From Isurus oxyrinchus (lineage: Eukaryota): 64,000 nt of DNA. Below, piece by piece: positions 63,101 through 64,000 of the stretch; the stretch's first letter is position 1, and each line of letters begins with the position of its first letter. The stretch lies in NCBI GenBank assembly GCA_026770705.1, contig JANJGN010000052.1, positions 558,001-622,000 of the forward strand. Reading direction: 5' to 3'. Both the position numbers and the translations under genes were made by a program. Below the pieces are notes generated by a model that was not told the origin of the DNA, searched no databases, and saw only the letters and a list, made by a program, of their open reading frames with translations.

Positions 63101-64000
63101 GGGTAATCAGTGAGAAGATCGAGGATGTTTTGTGCTCTCAGCAAAACGTTTACCATCTGATGATCTGTCAGCTCATATATGGGCATCTATAGTCATGAAG
63201 CTTCTCCATTGGCTCCGTGGGATTAGACTCCTCCCCCTCACCTCGGAGGCTGAAACTCAGGCGATAAGAGTTCCCAATACAGGTCTCTGGCCTTATGATT
63301 CATTTCAACGATCCCTGTTATCATTACGGAGGGAGTGCTGCACTGTCAGTGGGACAGTACTGTGGGAGTGCTGCACTGTGGGAGGGTCAGTACTGAGGGA
63401 GTGCTGCACTAGCAGAAGGTCAGTAATGTGGGGGTGCTGCAATATCAGAGGGTGAGCAATGTGGGAGTGCTGCATTGTCAGAGGTTCAGAAATGAGGGAG
63501 TGCTGCAATGTTGGAGGGACAGTAGTGAGGGAGTGCTGCACTGTCAGAGGGTCAGTAATGTGGGAGTGCTGCACTGTCAGAGGGTCAGTAATGAGGGAGT
63601 GCTGCACTATCAGATGGTCAGTAATGTGGGAGTGCTGAACAGTCAGCGTGTCTGTACTGAGTGAGTTCCACACAGTCGGAGGCTCAGTATTGAGGGGGTG
63701 CCGGACTGTGGGATGGTTAATACTGAGGTAGAGCGGAGTAAGAGCAGATATCCTTTCATGGCAAAGTTTAACTGGAATTTATTTAAACTGAGATTCTTGT
63801 ACTGTGTGTTATTGCAAAAGAAAGGATTTGAGGAACTAAGTCTTGTTCCCGTAAGCCTAAAAATAATTTTCACTGATTTCAATGATGTAGCAATGGAACC
63901 TCCCTCTTTGGGCACCAATCTTGATTGAAACAACTTGCGCAGCACAGTGGGAGTACTGATAGAGTGCTGCACTGTGGGAGGTTGAGTACTGAGGGAGTGC

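Overview
Eukaryotic vertebrate genomic DNA, inferred to be a cartilaginous fish (shark-type CR1/L2/Penelope-like repeats), with four N gaps. It is a HAMP-Siglec (CD22/MAG/CD33-like) immune locus. Most ORF-track entries are repeat noise; the genes below were assembled by hand from splice sites. (1) A complete 3-exon hepcidin-like gene on + (29933-34354), absent from the ORF track. It has a TATA box, a BMP-responsive GGCGCC element and an atypical 29-aa, 8-Cys mature peptide. (2) A minus-strand Siglec unit: leader (62471-62510), five tandem V-set exons that all keep the sialic-acid-binding Arg, one Siglec domain-2 C2 exon, a decayed C2 exon, and a short-tailed TM exon with an intramembrane Arg (activating type). 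(3) About 23 kb further downstream on the same strand, an intact C2-C2-TM-ITIM/ITSM module (14435-19154) with no visible leader or V exon of its own, phase-compatible with (2). (4) A large inverted duplication (about 1-9274 vs 19860-29483) flanking that module. Each arm carries a leader+V Siglec pseudogene fused to Gypsy gag, and the left arm predicts a second hepcidin copy just outside the window. The rest is LINE, LTR, Penelope-like and satellite sequence.
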